Below, piece after piece: positions 1 to 13,401 of a DNA stretch of 64,000 bases (position 1 is the first letter of the stretch; each line of letters starts with the position of its first letter). The DNA is from Phoronis australis (lineage: Eukaryota > Animalia > Phoronida). The position numbers and the translations under genes were made by a program. Below the pieces are notes generated by a model. It was not told the origin of the DNA and made no database searches. It saw only the letters and a list, made by a program, of their open reading frames with translations. The DNA lies in the NCBI GenBank assembly GCA_002633005.1, contig NMRA01000317.1, positions 423,366-487,365 on the forward strand, read 5' to 3'.

Positions 1-393
1 TAAAACACGGCTTACGTACCTATAATAAACGCGGATCACTGACTCGCATGATAAAAAATATACGTGGGCGACTCTGAGTCTGTGAGCAGCGTTACAAGTG
101 CCGGAACCGTATGTGCGGTGCGCATGAGCCGTGCTTTTTTGGGCTCGTAAGCTATTTTGTGAGTGCACGAGAGTGTTAGTGCCAGTGAACTGGATTCACA
201 TGTCTATTAATTGTGTTCATGAGTGCGTGAGCCGAGTAGTCTAATCATAAATGTATCGAATAAAAAAAAACATGTTGTGTGCATCAGCGCTTTGATCCAA
301 TGACAAGTGTACTTTTCTAGGTAACATGAATTTATACTTAACGAAATCGCAACAGAATGGCACAGTGTCTCGAAATATTTCCTTGACTAACAG

Positions 394-533
394 GGTCCAG
401 TTCAGTAACGCAAGTGTCTCCCTAGAAAAGTAAGATCTCGCCAGATTCCGAGAGATATTGCCGTGTAATTTCAATGAGAGCACGAGATTTTGGCTAGATT
501 TTTCTCCCCGCGAGACACTTATTGAACTCGACC
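394..533. mobile_element. MITE, PIF/Harbinger-like (family A copy)
   Basis: TIRs ggtccagttcagtaa / ttattgaactcgacc (13/15 match) flanked by 3-bp CAG on both sides (391-393, 534-536). The interior resembles copies at 6607-6747 and 49376-49535. Confidence 0.75.
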
Positions 534-3334
534 CAGTACTTTCATTAGTTATTTTTAAAAATGTAGGTATAAACAGTATAAGATTATGTTCCTATAGCCG
601 ATATGATTTTTTAAAAATATATATGTCAAAAATTCGTGAGCTTTTCGAAAACATCGGATGTATTTTAAAACATTCTGTTAAAAGACAGTATGCCTCAGGA
701 GACTGCGAAAGGAACAACGCACTTCCTGTTTAGAACAGATGGAAGAAAGCGGAACACATGTCATTTCCGTTTCATTACCATCGAAAGCTGAAAACTTCCG
801 TCTTGTAAATATAACTGCGCTACAGTTGTCTGCGCAAAATTTAAAGTGCAGGTGGAGTGGATGAAGTACCTCGTCACAGCCACTTTGTATATACTTGCTG
901 TGTAACTGTAACCCTAAATAGAAAACATCTTACCTTTACGTACTTTGTAATTTATTTTTTGTGTGAACGTACGGGAATAAGTACGTCTGCACTCATTTTG
1001 CAACGGGAGACTTTCAAGCAACAAGGTAACTGTTCACATGGGACCGGATATTCATGACTTCTGGAGGAGGCAATTTCACTTTTTGTTAAAACGTACCACG
1101 TCTAACTAATCACATTCGCCGGCCCCACCTGTTCAACTCCCGCTGTTTACTGACAATCTCCCGTTGCTTTGACGTCATATTTGAATACTGTTTAACTGTC
1201 GCGGTAATTGACTAAATTGGGTATAATTAAAAGGACGTAAAGTCAGTGTTCACCTTTGACTAGAGCTGCTAAACTTCCTTCCGTTAAAATTTGTAAAATG
1301 CAATTACACACACAGTATATGAAAGATGCAAATTTTAGTATGTTCGACTGATGGCACACATTCTAAAGGACGGACTGATGAAAACAAAAAGAGGCATGTT
1401 TCGTATTTAGTGTTAGTGAGCCCTTGTTTTTACTATTTTAGATTAATTTGAATTGTTTAGAGTAAGAGCTGGAGATTTGATTACTTTCAACAAACACGTC
1501 TATCACGGAAAATAAATATTTATTAGGAAGAGAGCTACGTGACAAATATTCTACAAAATGCGACGAGCATAAACAAATGCATCATGTCGAGTTCTGCACT
1601 TAGCACGTGCAAAAGTAAATGTTATAGTTTCTCAAGAATTCTGTGGAAATTATAACGAGAGGTGAACAGCAAACACAACCAATATCTGAGTAACAAATTG
1701 TAGGCTCCCCTGATGATCTCCACTATAAATGACAAAGTGAGATCAAACTCAGTAGAGGAGGCGGAAACTGAAATGTTGGTGACCACGGCGATCAATCGGT
1801 TCCTCGTGTAAATGTCAACAACTCGTTGTTTTAAATTGATGAACTAACTTTCTTACCGGTCCAGAATAAAACTTTGGGAAATTCTTTCGTTGTTTGTTTT
1901 CGCTTCCAGTTTTCCCACAGTGGCCACACAACATTTCATCTTTCGAGCATCACCGTGGTAGTGTCTTTACTATATACGTTCTTTCTTTCCTTTTGTTGAG
2001 GAACTCAGTCAGTGGGAATCTCTCTCTCTCCCTCCCTGTCCAGGCAATACATCGCCTGTGGATACCGTAGAAATACAATCAATAGCCCTGTAATGAAAAT
2101 TCTGAACCGATTCACATTTTGATTAGTAAAACAAAGTATACTAAATAATATATATGGAAACACTTACCGTGAAAAAATAGACTGGATATAAATACACTTT
2201 CAGCTTTTTGTTTTAAATATGCAAATTATAGGTCACCTGACAAATGACGTTGTGACCTTGGCCGTGAGAAAACATGGTTGTCAAATTAATGATCTATTAC
2301 AATTTTGACAGCTTATTCACGGAGGGTCAATGCCCTTGCACCGTTGCTACCATTGGGAAGATCTGGTATAAACCAAGCTCAAATAAAATTCTGAAATCGA
2401 TAACAGCTGGTGCTGATCCTTCAGGGAATCATCTCACCATTGTTCGAATAGCTCTAGATATGATTATTTCTTTTGCGTTCATCAGAAAGGGGCAAAGAAA
2501 AGTTTTATTAATACCTCAATGGCCTGGAAATAGGCCACAGTTAACCAGTCGCCAGATTGACTATCGCACCGCTCACGTGACAATCTAAAACTATTGCCGT
2601 CAATAAGTCTAAGTGACAGGCCGGGAAATTTTGAATTTTTACTCTATGAAGCCGTCATTTGGAATTCAAGGACGCCTACTGGCCAGCAAATTTTACGTCA
2701 GTACTATCAAACTTTTACATTTGAGTTAAAGCCTTTTTGAGTAAAAATGCTTCGAAGCCAGAGATTAGGGACTTTTGGTCACGGGACAAAATGAGGGGAC
2801 AAAAATTCAGACTTCCGTGAAACGTTACTTGGACCATGCGCACCTATAAAATTCATTTATAAAAAATTTCTTACTGTAATAAATCTTAAACGACTGCTTT
2901 AACATTGAAAGGCATTTCAAGGTTGGCTTTAACGAACATCTGGCGTTCCAAAGTGGCTACTTCATATTTCTCTTAATGATTGAATGAACTCCTTAAAATA
3001 GGTCACAAATATATTAATTTCAATTGAGCCAAAATTGAGTCATATATTTGGCCACAGCGCAAAGATTTAAAAGGTCAAATTCCCACATGAGTGAGGGGAC
3101 AAGGATGTAAAAGTTCCACCACTGAGCTTTCGAATGTTTGCCCAGTCTCAAATTTTCCCTTGAAAGCGAACCTCAGTCATAAGGCCAAAATTCTCCAGTT
3201 CGAAAGTCACATGATTTGCCGGATGGCTGAAGACCGTACATGCGCAGAGAACTGTGACTTTTTATGTTGTCCGTGTCTGGTGTTTTTATGTTTTTCTTTT
3301 AGAAAATCAATTTAAAACTAATACTGGACTTACA

Positions 3335-3760
3335 TTTAAACTGAGCGACATTGCGTCCTCTTCGCAACGACCTTCACTAGCAACTTCTCAGTGGAGTGGT
3401 GTTCGGCTGATAACGTAATTGGCGTTGAATGAACGACAACGTGCGGCAACAAGTCCTGGAGAGTCTTACGTGGGTGAAACTGAAGAGACTCTAAAAAGCC
3501 GCAATTATGAACCACCATTGCCTTCCCAGTTACGGGGGCACGTACGATTCCGCCGTTTTCAATCACATCAACACATTTGACACCAGTGATGTACGCATTT
3601 TGGATCGCGAGGAAAATTGGTTCAAACGAACGTGCTGAATTCGCTCTTTGAATCGCCCGGGCGGATTAATACTCTCCAGGGCTTGGGCCCGCATGCTCAG
3701 TGTCATCAGCCGAACACCCGCCACCACGGCAGTTGAGGTCGCAACGTCGCTCAGTTTAAA
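3335..3760. mobile_element. Non-autonomous DNA transposon (MITE) with 26-bp TIRs
   Basis: tttaaactgagcgacattgcgtcctc at the left end and gaggtcgcaacgtcgctcagtttaaa at the right end are reverse complements (2 mismatches). A further subterminal IR pair tgttcggctgat / atcagccgaaca is present. Confidence 0.7.
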
Positions 3761-6498
3761 ATCGGCCCTGTAATATTCTTTACCGAAACAGGGTTCTGTT
3801 TCCACGACCAACATGAACATCGAACACATGGGCGACTCAAGGAAACGCGTTAGAGTTTATTGGGATTGGCCATGATGCCCTAAAATGGGGCCTGTCACTT
3901 GAGTTGCAGGCACATTCGACAACCATTCAAGGTCGATCGTGCTAACATGCTCAAACCCCAAAGTGTTTCGGGTAAGAATTCAACATGTACAGCTATACAG
4001 GGCGAAATGCAACTTTAAGGTAGGTGGATACACAAAAAAATTAATTTTGACTGTTTTTTACATTTTCATATCATCCTAATCTTTAATTCTTGATGCACAG
4101 TATACTGAAGAAAAATAAAATCATTCTGAAAATCCAAAGTTGTTTTTTTAGCTATATTTGACCAAACCTCAGTAAGTCATATGGCTTGAGTGCTCACCAG
4201 CTCAGTGATTGACAACTGGGGCGGAGCTTATATACAAGGACACTAGCTCTAATCTAACCCTGTCAACAAGCATTGCGTAACCGGGCAATCGAGAGTGATG
4301 TACCAGCTGATATTGGTGTTGTAGCAAGACCAAGAATAAAACAATTCTATTTTTGACCATGTGAAAGTTAGTAGTGAAATGGTGAACTAGCTCCTGTTCC
4401 GAGCCTGAGCCTGTTTGTCTATCTGCAAAAAAATTAAGTTGAGTACGCCAAGCCCTACCGAAGCCATCACTGCACTCAGCTTGAGGAGTCCGTGCAGAAA
4501 TTGTGCATGTATAAGAGAAGTCGGTAATATAAGGTCAGTTGTCTTGCGAGAGGACGCTGAGTGTCGACGTGGGTGGTGTTGCACGATTCGGTGAGAATGC
4601 ATGCACGCGCTGTGAAGACAAGCCGCGCGCGCGACACATGGACAACTACATGCCGTCAGAGTAGAGTCTTCGCAGATAAACCGTGCTTCTGTGCTGGGAA
4701 CGTGCCGTGGAGAAACTAGGCTGTCAAACCCAGAGGATTTTTAACTTGCCACTGGCCGTAACCCAAAGAATTAGAGAAATGACCCAGTGTTCAACATAAC
4801 AAAAAATTTTCTAGTGCATAGATTCAAACGTAACCCTGAATTAAAACTCATGATATTATACGATTTTAGAGGAAAGCAATATAAGAAACTTTAGTAACTT
4901 GAGAATCTCACCCAAGCGGCGCTATTTGCGCAGAAAGTGATATTTTCTTATCCCAAAGTCCATTCGGTACAGGCACGTAAAAATGTTGAACCATTACTAT
5001 GAAAGTAGTTCTTTATCCTCGTCGCCAATATTGTTATGTAGGCAGTAACGCGGCGATTTGATATAACACATATATTGGTTGATGATAATATTGGAATACT
5101 AACAAATAGGTCTGTGTAATATAGTTAGAGAGTCTTTTACAAACTGAGTGGAGAGTTCAGATGAATCGTATAAACAATCAACACATGGTGGTCGGCACAC
5201 CAGTACAGCAGACAATAGATCAACGCTAAGCTCCGCCCACGTGACAGCCATATTTGTTTTGGTCGTCTGTCGTGCATCACAAGTTCGAAAAAATGATTAA
5301 AATTACGCTGTAAACAAACAGGTATGTCACATTTTCTAAATATGAAGTAAATATCAGCTTTATTTCTAGTACTTCAACAAAAATTGGAACATAATGACCA
5401 CGCATTCTGAACGAAATTTGATCTCAAGTGGCAATCGATGACCGCTTAACTTCAAAGCCGTTTTTCTCGGCTCGTGATTTCAGGATAGTGACACGATTCT
5501 CGGGCCTATTTTTCCACAACACGTGGGTCAATTTTAACGAAAGTTGCAAATTTGAAATCCTCTTGGACTGAAGTAAAATCGCGTGCCAGGGTTTTTTGAT
5601 AAATGGACCAGATTTTTAGTTATTAGACGGAAAGTGACCAAATGACAAAAAGTGGCGTGCTTGCCCCAACTCGCACACAAAAAATGCCACAAAATCAAGA
5701 TCATAATGATTTTGTACATATATTTGGTATGGATAAGTAGAATATTGCGTAAGGAAATAGTTGATGATGATCCCTGTGCATTTTGAAAAAAAATTCGAGG
5801 TAAAATTAGATTTGTTGAAAATTAAAAAATACGATTTTTAAAAAAAACGAACTACAAAAAAACATTTTTTTTTCGATTTTTGTCACTTTCAGAATCATGT
5901 CTAACTAGTAAAAACTCCCTTTTTACTCATTTTAGTTAGGAACCTGGAGATTTGATCAGTGTATGTGTTGCGGCCCTAGCACCTGACTCATAAACCATAT
6001 AGAACAGTGTCAGTCGAAATTGGTGGATACAACGCGTCAAATGATAACCAATGAAAGCGGAATTGGCTGCCAAAAACAGTTTTAGAGTGAGGAGCAACGA
6101 CGCAGAACCTTAAGAAGCTGGCGGAATTCTCTGTTACGGTTACACTTGGTTGCCAGTACAAACCTCTCTCTACAACGGCAAAGAAAGATAACGAATCAAT
6201 CGCGTTGTCGCAAGACTGCGATAGGTGGCGCTAACCTGTCACTCTTTATTGAATAGCCTAGACGTAAAAGTCGGGAATTAATTGAAAAAACATCACTATA
6301 AAATTTGGGAGACAAAAACGCTAAGCGTATCGATCACGTTAATATCTAGTTCTTAGCAATCTTTCGAAACTTGAGCTTTGACTACAGTGCGAACCAAATA
6401 TCACTACTACAATCTGCGTGAAAAGGAGGCAACCACGTGTGTTTATATTCGTTACATTTGATGAATAGAACTAAAACTGAGTAAGAACCTGAGACGTT

Positions 6499-6806
6499 GG
6501 CTGCACTTCATTGACTTAGCCAATGCCGCTGGATCAACTGGTTAATTAACTTGAGCAATCTGATTGGTTCTGGATGACGACTTCCAGCGAACAGACCAAT
6601 CAATGTGGAGTTCAGTGACGCAAGGATCTCGCTAAAAAGCAAGACTTTGCGAGATTACGCGAGATATTGCCGTGTACGTCAAAGAGAACACGTGATTATG
6701 GCTAGATTTTAGAGGTCCTATCGTAGGTCCGAGCGTTACTGAACTCCTACCCAGATGACTTCGCCGGCTGACCCGGCGACAATGAAGTCAATCAAACGCC
6801 GCAGCC
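6499..6806. mobile_element. MITE family B copy, interrupted by a family A MITE
   Basis: Ends ggctgcacttcattgactt / aagtcaatcaaacgccgcagcc are imperfect inverted repeats. It shares gacttc..ccgg.tgacc and gatgacgacttcc motifs with copies at 25160-25297 and 58635-58765. Confidence 0.55.
6607..6747. mobile_element. MITE family A copy (nested)
   Basis: TIR ggagttcagtgacgc / gcgttactgaactcc. The interior gagatattgccgtgta...ggctagatttt matches 394-533. Confidence 0.7.
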
Positions 6807-9771
6807 ATGGATGTAGAGTCTTGCTGGATTTGTCTTTGAAAATGAACCCCGCAGACGTGTTTGACGATGAAGAGTTCCCCCATAAAGTCGACATGCTTAG
6901 AATTCCCAAACATGTTTTTAAAGTCCAAAAATTATGAATCTGAGCAAGATAGTATATTGAATATACTGCAAGGAAGCATTGAAGTACATGCATACCAACC
7001 TTGCAAGATTACACTCCTCTTCACCAGCATGATGAAAACACCACAGAACTGACTCGAACAGCGTGGTCACGTCACATTCACGGCATATCTGACCACTCGT
7101 CTCTAACTTTTTATCCAGTTTTTAGGACGGTCTCTGACTTTCTGGGAACGAGTATTGTTACAGGGCTTTTACGACCTCTGTTTGATCTCTTTTGTTATTA
7201 AAAAGTGACGTGGTAAGCTTAGGTCCCTGTTAAAGCTGGGAACTCAAAGTCACAGTGTCACGGTAGATGCCAACCAGTTCAAAGTTCCCCGTGCAAAACT
7301 ACCGGTAAGTGTCACGGAACTGTCATGGGTTCACGTATCAACTACTGCCTGCATGCACTGGGGAACTTTCTCTGTATCCTGTTGATTCACGTCCCTAGGC
7401 ATGCCCAGCCCTCTGACATGATTATGATACAAACTTCAAAATCTACCCCAACACTTAAGATTTCCGTGAATCCTGTTCTAGACAACAAACTCCCTGAATG
7501 TGTTCACTTACATCAACTTTGACAGTTCAAACGTTTACAAATAACTCGTCCACGCAAAGAAGCCATCGACTCAGACCCGGCCCGGCCACTTAAATGGGGA
7601 CCCACTAAGGACCAGCCGAGACAAGGACCAACAACTTCTGATGCATACTATACATTTTCGTACACAATCCGTAATTTTCTAACCGAGTGTTGAAGGTGTA
7701 TGAAGTTGGCATGTACGCACAGCTCTCGCTCCGTACACAACAGTAAAATCGTTGTCGACGACTCAAATTTCTTGAGGGTATTTTTTGTACCGTGCCAAAT
7801 CGTCTCAAATGTCTTCAGCAAGTTAACTGCTGTGGTTAAACGGACCAGAAGTCTATAAGAACTATGAATGAAATGCTAAAAAGAAGCTTTCGGCAATAAC
7901 AAATCGAACGTTTTTACCTGAAAAATCATCAAAACGTCCGATACTAGCGAATGCATTGGGTCAATGTAAACAGGTACGTAAAATAGGTAATAAAGATTAT
8001 TAAATGGGAACTATTTTAGTTTGTAGAAATAATAGCCTGAAAGAAAAAGAACTTTCCGAGACCGAGTACATGGTCACAAAAAACGTACATAGCTAATTAT
8101 AATCGGTGGAGTTTACTGCAACACGTTCTACAGTTTTATAACTCTCAGAATGATGACAGAGCAAAGTGACGTTGTCGTAACAAAAGTAATTATAGGCGTT
8201 GTACCAGACGTGCGCAGGCTGCTCAAGTGAACCAATTGCACTGATCACATGGAAACATTTTTATGTTTTATTGGTTTATAGTTAAAACCGATCTGACGAA
8301 CAAAAAACTGACTGAAGAGTCCAGCAGTGTGTCCCAGTGTGACTCGAGCCCACGACCTTGAGTAAAGGAAGCGAACGCTTATCCCACAAGGCCACACTGT
8401 ATCCTTCTTGTCGAAACAAAGATGGGGTGCGCTTTTCATTAAAAAACCTCGAGTAAAATAGCGAAAAGGTTATTTTCGAAGATAAATCAACATATGGTAA
8501 AAAAAATCGATTTTTAAGATATGTCATGTTTCCAGAATATTTCATTCCTCCAGTGCTGACATTTCACGCATGAACATAGATCTTAAACTTGCTCTGGGAT
8601 ACCTGTAGCTGGAGAATACGCCGGGCTCAGTGGCCTAGCTGTATGCATTTGAAGGCAAGAAAGCGGGCCATGTTATTCAGTGCATTACCCGGCGCCCATG
8701 CTCCATTCAAATACATGAAGGTAAAGCCCGTTTTAACAGATAAAACTGTGTAAATAAATATTTGCAAATACGCGGCCACAGACAGGAAACCTCGTGGAAC
8801 ACGATTAGGCCAATATTTCAAAATCAAGACGCTACCTTTGGTAGTTACAATGACCGATGAAGCAAAAAAGATAGGACGTCTGCTTTTCATCACCAAGGGA
8901 ATCGATCGGAGTAATCCCTTTGCAATATTTGTCGACAACGCTGTTTTGCGACAACACGCATGACCTGGCCATTTTTAATTCATAACCACACAGCGAATTT
9001 CGTAATCAGGCCGAAAGGGCCTCTGTGCACGAGATTTGCTGTGGGAACTCATAGTGTCTCCTCGACTGGGACAGACGAATGGTATCAATTACGTTTAAAT
9101 GCGTAACTGAAAGTACTCCTTGAGGCAAGCCTAACTGTCAAGATCACTCTGAGAACGATAACATTCCCGAAATACGAACTTCATGTCTATCACAAAAGTT
9201 TGTCGTCCGTCGGACCTCCAGGCGACACCCTAGAACCGCCAATGTTCATGACAAACGTGGGAACAAAACACGTTGACATGCGTTTACTTCAGTGATAAAA
9301 ACAATTAAAATGAAAGGAACTCCGTAAACATATTTTTCGACGAGAAAGTCTTGTTACGATTGGCTGTTCCATGGAAATGAAAAAAACAACAACAAATACA
9401 TGAACGCAACACTCGTGAGCAATAAGGACGGGAGGCCTGGTACCCGGATGTCGACTAGCGAGTATAAATGAGTTGAAACAAGATGTAGATGTTCAGATGG
9501 GAACGCGGACTCAGCATACGATAACTCATGTATTTCTGAATAGGCAACATCTGGATTTATCGATCACAATTTGTAGCGCTTGTCTGAATGAACCTTTTTA
9601 GTCACTTGTACTGACTCGTGCAGTTTCAGTCATCTTCATTCTGAAACAAGACAAGAAAACATTTTTAAGACATCGATGTACTAAATTCATCTTGGATCAT
9701 TAGAGAAACTGAACATCGCCGAGCAATCTGGACTACGTCTCAAAACTGGATTTGAGCGAAAGCGTTAAGTG

Positions 9772-9779
9772 TATATAAG
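9772..9779 (+). promoter_or_regulatory. Candidate TATA box of the receptor gene
   Basis: TATATAAG about 80 bp upstream of the ATG at 9853. Motif only, with no TSS evidence. Confidence 0.2.
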
Positions 9780-9852
9780 ACTATGGACTAAATATGTTGA
9801 CAATTGACTGACAAAAAGTTTTCATTTCTGAGTTGTGGTCCAAGTTGTAAAG

Positions 9853-10343
9853 ATGGGTAACGGTAACGACAAGTCGTCATCGTCCATCCAGGATATTGTC
9901 CTTAATAGGACTGGAAATGAGTCTGATGCCCAATACTCGAGAACTTTGTGTGAGTCACAGTTGCAGAACAAGAGCAACGGATCTGGACATTTAAACTGCA
10001 GTATTACGGGGATGGAATTCCTGTCAAACTTACGATTTAGCAACGATGCCGTCGTTTCTGTTATCGTATATTGCTGTTTTTTCTTTGTAGCCGCCAGTGG
10101 GAATCTGATCGTTTTTACGACTTTATTTCGTAATCGCCACCGAAAGTCTCGAGTGAATTTGTTTATAATGCATCTCAGTATGGCCGACCTTATAGTCACC
10201 TTTGTAGTATTCCCGCTCGAGACGGGCTGGATCATTACGGTGGAATGGATGGCTGGCGACTTAGGATGCAGATTTTTCATGTTTCTAAAATCATTTGGAC
10301 TTTTCCTGTCCTCGTACATATTGATCGCTATCTCGCTAGACAG
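9853..10343 (+). CDS. GnRHR-like: GnRH/AKH-type neuropeptide receptor (class A GPCR), coding exon 1: N-terminus, TM1-TM3
   Basis: ATG at 9853 with an in-frame TGA upstream (9829). Five N-glycosylation sequons (NRT, NES, NKS, NGS, NCS). TM1 GN, TM2 HLSMADLIVTF..PLE.GW, ECL1 W.AGD..C, TM3 ending ISLD-R. Donor AG|GTACGT at 10343/10344 splits the Arg of DRY (phase 2). Confidence 0.93.
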
Positions 10344-10601
10344 GTACGTTTGCACGTTCTACGTAAAGTACACACTGAGTAGTTTATTGCACAGCACTCA
10401 ACTGAGTAAAGTGTAAGAATACAGGCCTACCAAGGTCGTAACAGAATGTGGCCTAAGTCAAAAGTTGGGTTTATTGCGCCTTTATTTGGAACCCACTCTG
10501 GCGCATTTTTTTCTAAAAATTTTTTCTAAAAAGTCTTTAATTATGTACAACTAGTAGGTATTTGTGCCAGAATTCGAATTTTTTGTTCTTCTCTACACCA
10601 A

Positions 10602-10743
10602 CATGGGCGGCTCAGCACTGAAAAAAGGGGTGAGCTAAAGCCCCGCAGCCCCCTGTGGTGCACCACCTATAGACCATGTGCGGCGTGGCACTGAAAAAAG
10701 TGGGGCTATAGCCCCCCCCGTCCCTTATGGTGCGCTGCCCATG
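10602..10743. mobile_element. MITE family C (dimer of a ~70-bp GC-rich unit), hAT5-like
   Basis: TIR catgggcggc / gctgcccatg and an internal direct duplication of cactgaaaaaag..gggctatagcccc...tggtgc. Flanks accaa/aacaa are a near-match 5-bp TSD. Homologous to 37853-38007 and 60963-61102. Confidence 0.7.
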
Positions 10744-11738
10744 AACAATAGTAATCTGTAGCTCTTTCTCTAAAATGTACACATTGTGAAACAAACTTCG
10801 GGATTCCTGGAATAAGAAAAACATCTTCAGTTGACAGTAGAAGCATACCCCGGAACTCATATTTTATAAACTTACTTTGTTAGTCTTTTAGGACACCCTG
10901 TATATAGGTGCTGACTTTTGCCTCATACATTTTCCGCGTATTTTCCTAAGATTTTTTGCACAACTGTTTCTTACAATGACAGCACATCCTCATCCGGGCA
11001 ATAAATTAACACTACACGTCTGGACATGGGGACTCAACGAGTAATTTTTGCAAATTACCATAAAAATTTAAGAGGCTATTAAACCGCTTTTCGTCACAAA
11101 AAATACCCTTTAGATTTACACCATTTATCGTTTAAGATTGATCTCAACTTGCTCGTGAGTCAAAATATGTGTCGTTCTTTGCTTGAAAAGAGCTGACGGT
11201 TCGCTATTGCTCAACACAAAGTTGATTGTCCCGGCGTGTCATTTTGTTTGCCAAGCACTAATGAACTACCATTTTTTTCAAGACAAAAAATCACTTCTCA
11301 TTTCAATAAGGAACTAATAGAGACTAATTTTATAGTGATGACTGCTCTAAATCAAAAGTTATTCGGTTCGAAGGCACGCGGAAAACGCGGACCATGCGGA
11401 CTTTTTGCCGCTTTTATTAAGTACTGGCTGCTGGATGAGTTAAATTGTTGCGTGGCGTAAAAACATTGTTCAACAACGGCGCGTGTCACGCGATAATGTG
11501 ACGTCATTTTGTTGATGTTATTCGGTTGTTTAGTGATGACGTATTTGTCAATATTATCACGCGATTTGGACTCGAAAATTGCACAGTTACATTATCAAAA
11601 ATTTTACATGTCTTAGATTTTTTTCCAATTCAGGTAACCACGGACAAAACTATTTATTCGTACTAATCAGTAGGTTGCACCTACTGCATGCTTTCACGGA
11701 ATTGAGAAGGAGTGAGATTGTCCAGGTCCGTAGTTAGG

Positions 11739-11894
11739 CAGTGCTGCAGTGGTAAAATAAGAGGTAAGTAGTCGCCCAAAGCCCACCGTACCACCTTGAG
11801 CACTGAACGTAACTTACGGTGGGTAGGCGCTACGTTTACATACCAAAAGGTGGTTGGCTGCGCCTACGTGCCCCTACGCCCCACTACAGCACTG
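11739..11894. mobile_element. hAT-type MITE
   Basis: TIR cagtgctgcagtgg / ccactacagcactg with a perfect 8-bp TSD TAGTTAGG (11731-11738 and 11895-11902). Confidence 0.88.
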
Positions 11895-12618
11895 TAGTTA
11901 GGTAATAATTTTGCAAGTCCTTAGTAACTTATAACGATACATAAATCTGGCCTGAGTGTGTTTTAAATTTTAGCATTTACTAGGTCCAAAACGTCAAAAC
12001 GACGTCATACGTCAAAAGCCAATGTAGCGCGTAATTGAGCCCACGGTATTTATAACCAACTAATCACATCATTTTATATCAAAACAAAACAAAGTTGCTT
12101 AATAACATTTATTCGTACCAAATAAAAACCAAACTGCTGAACAAGAGTGATTGGAGTTGGAAACACTAAACTCGACCATCGAGAACCTTCTGAGTACTGG
12201 ACACCGCACTACACCACATAACAAGCAGTTAATTAACATTTTCTGTAAGATGGATTCGCTAGCTTAACACCGGTAAGCTAATACTAAAATATCTGTTCCT
12301 GTGTGAAAACATCTGAACAATTTAACCAGGTCCGAAATACTTAATGAGATTTCAAATGCTGCGTGACCACGTGTTCCGTATAACCCCAGCTGACAGAAAG
12401 CTGTACCGAGACGCCAAGCGGGAAGGCAAACGAGCACGTCGTCTTGTATTTCCTAACCTTGCCTCACCTGAATTGAACTACACCGTCTGCTGAACTAGCA
12501 GCAACAGTGTTCGATTTCTAACCCTCGCGACGCTAAGGCAATACGAATATGACGCGACCAGTCGAAACTGGCAATAGTACTGAAAAACGCAATTAATAAA
12601 GATCAGTTGCACACGAGG

Positions 12619-12772
12619 CAGGGGCGGATCCAGGATTTTGAGTTAGAGGAGGGGACCAAGGTATTAGCCAGAATTTTGCCCGTCAGATATTCGCTCCCCC
12701 GAATTTCCAAATGGAATCTGGGAGAGTTTTTGGGGGGCATGACCCCATTGGCCCCCTCTAAATCCGCCACTG
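12619..12772. mobile_element. MITE family D, hAT5-like
   Basis: TIR caggggcggat / atccgccactg with a 5-bp CGAGG on both flanks. The core ccaaatggaatctgggag is shared with 36359-36485 and 37315-37442. Confidence 0.75.
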
Positions 12773-13401
12773 CGAGGAACTTTGTACCGTCATCAGTTTT
12801 TTCGACAAAATAGCAATAAAGATTAGTGTAGCCTGTTTTCTCATACTAAAGCAAGGTGCTGGTTAGTTGGTGAATAACTGGCGCGAATAAATGCAAACGT
12901 GCTCGCGTTCAAACTGCGCAACTAAAACTTAGAACAAGGCGGAAATCATGTCTATGCGCGTGTGCGGTAACTAATGTCCCAAACGGTGCAAAAGTGCAGT
13001 GTGAAATCATTGCCTGTCTGCTTTTGGCTACAATAAAATAACACCTCAATCCTATATTGCTGCACCGTTTTTCTTTTTGCCTTTGAACTCCGACTTATGC
13101 CCGGAATCAGTTATACGAAATAATCTATATAATTTAAATGGCAAACTAATCTCGCTAGTTGCTTTTGCAGCAGGATTTCTGATTTCCAATAAAATTAACA
13201 GACTGGAAAGGATTACTTTTTCTCAGTGCGGCGTGACATTTTCCGAACACCTTACCAAAGCACTCTAATTTTACAAAGCAAAAATTGAAATAAAATCTAA
13301 AACAAGAATTTTCAGTTCTCATTGACAAATTGAATTCTCCTAGGATTTTCTTTTATTTCACTCCAGAAATTACTCAATGTGCAAAAAAGTAACAGATAGA
13401 T

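Noticed and set aside
4015-6113. Possible 2.1-kb TTAA-flanked Kolobok-like element
   Set aside because: Only ttaaggt/accttaa and one internal IR (gggcggagctta/taagctccgccc) match, too little to fix boundaries.
6850-7520. Possible tail-to-tail remnants of Kolobok transposase (HDEN) and accessory gene (NRIQRKFPS)
   Set aside because: Motifs are short and riddled with stops, and cannot be supported without a profile search.
9822-10355. 177-aa minus-strand ORF
   Set aside because: Antisense shadow of receptor exon 1 with no independent motifs.
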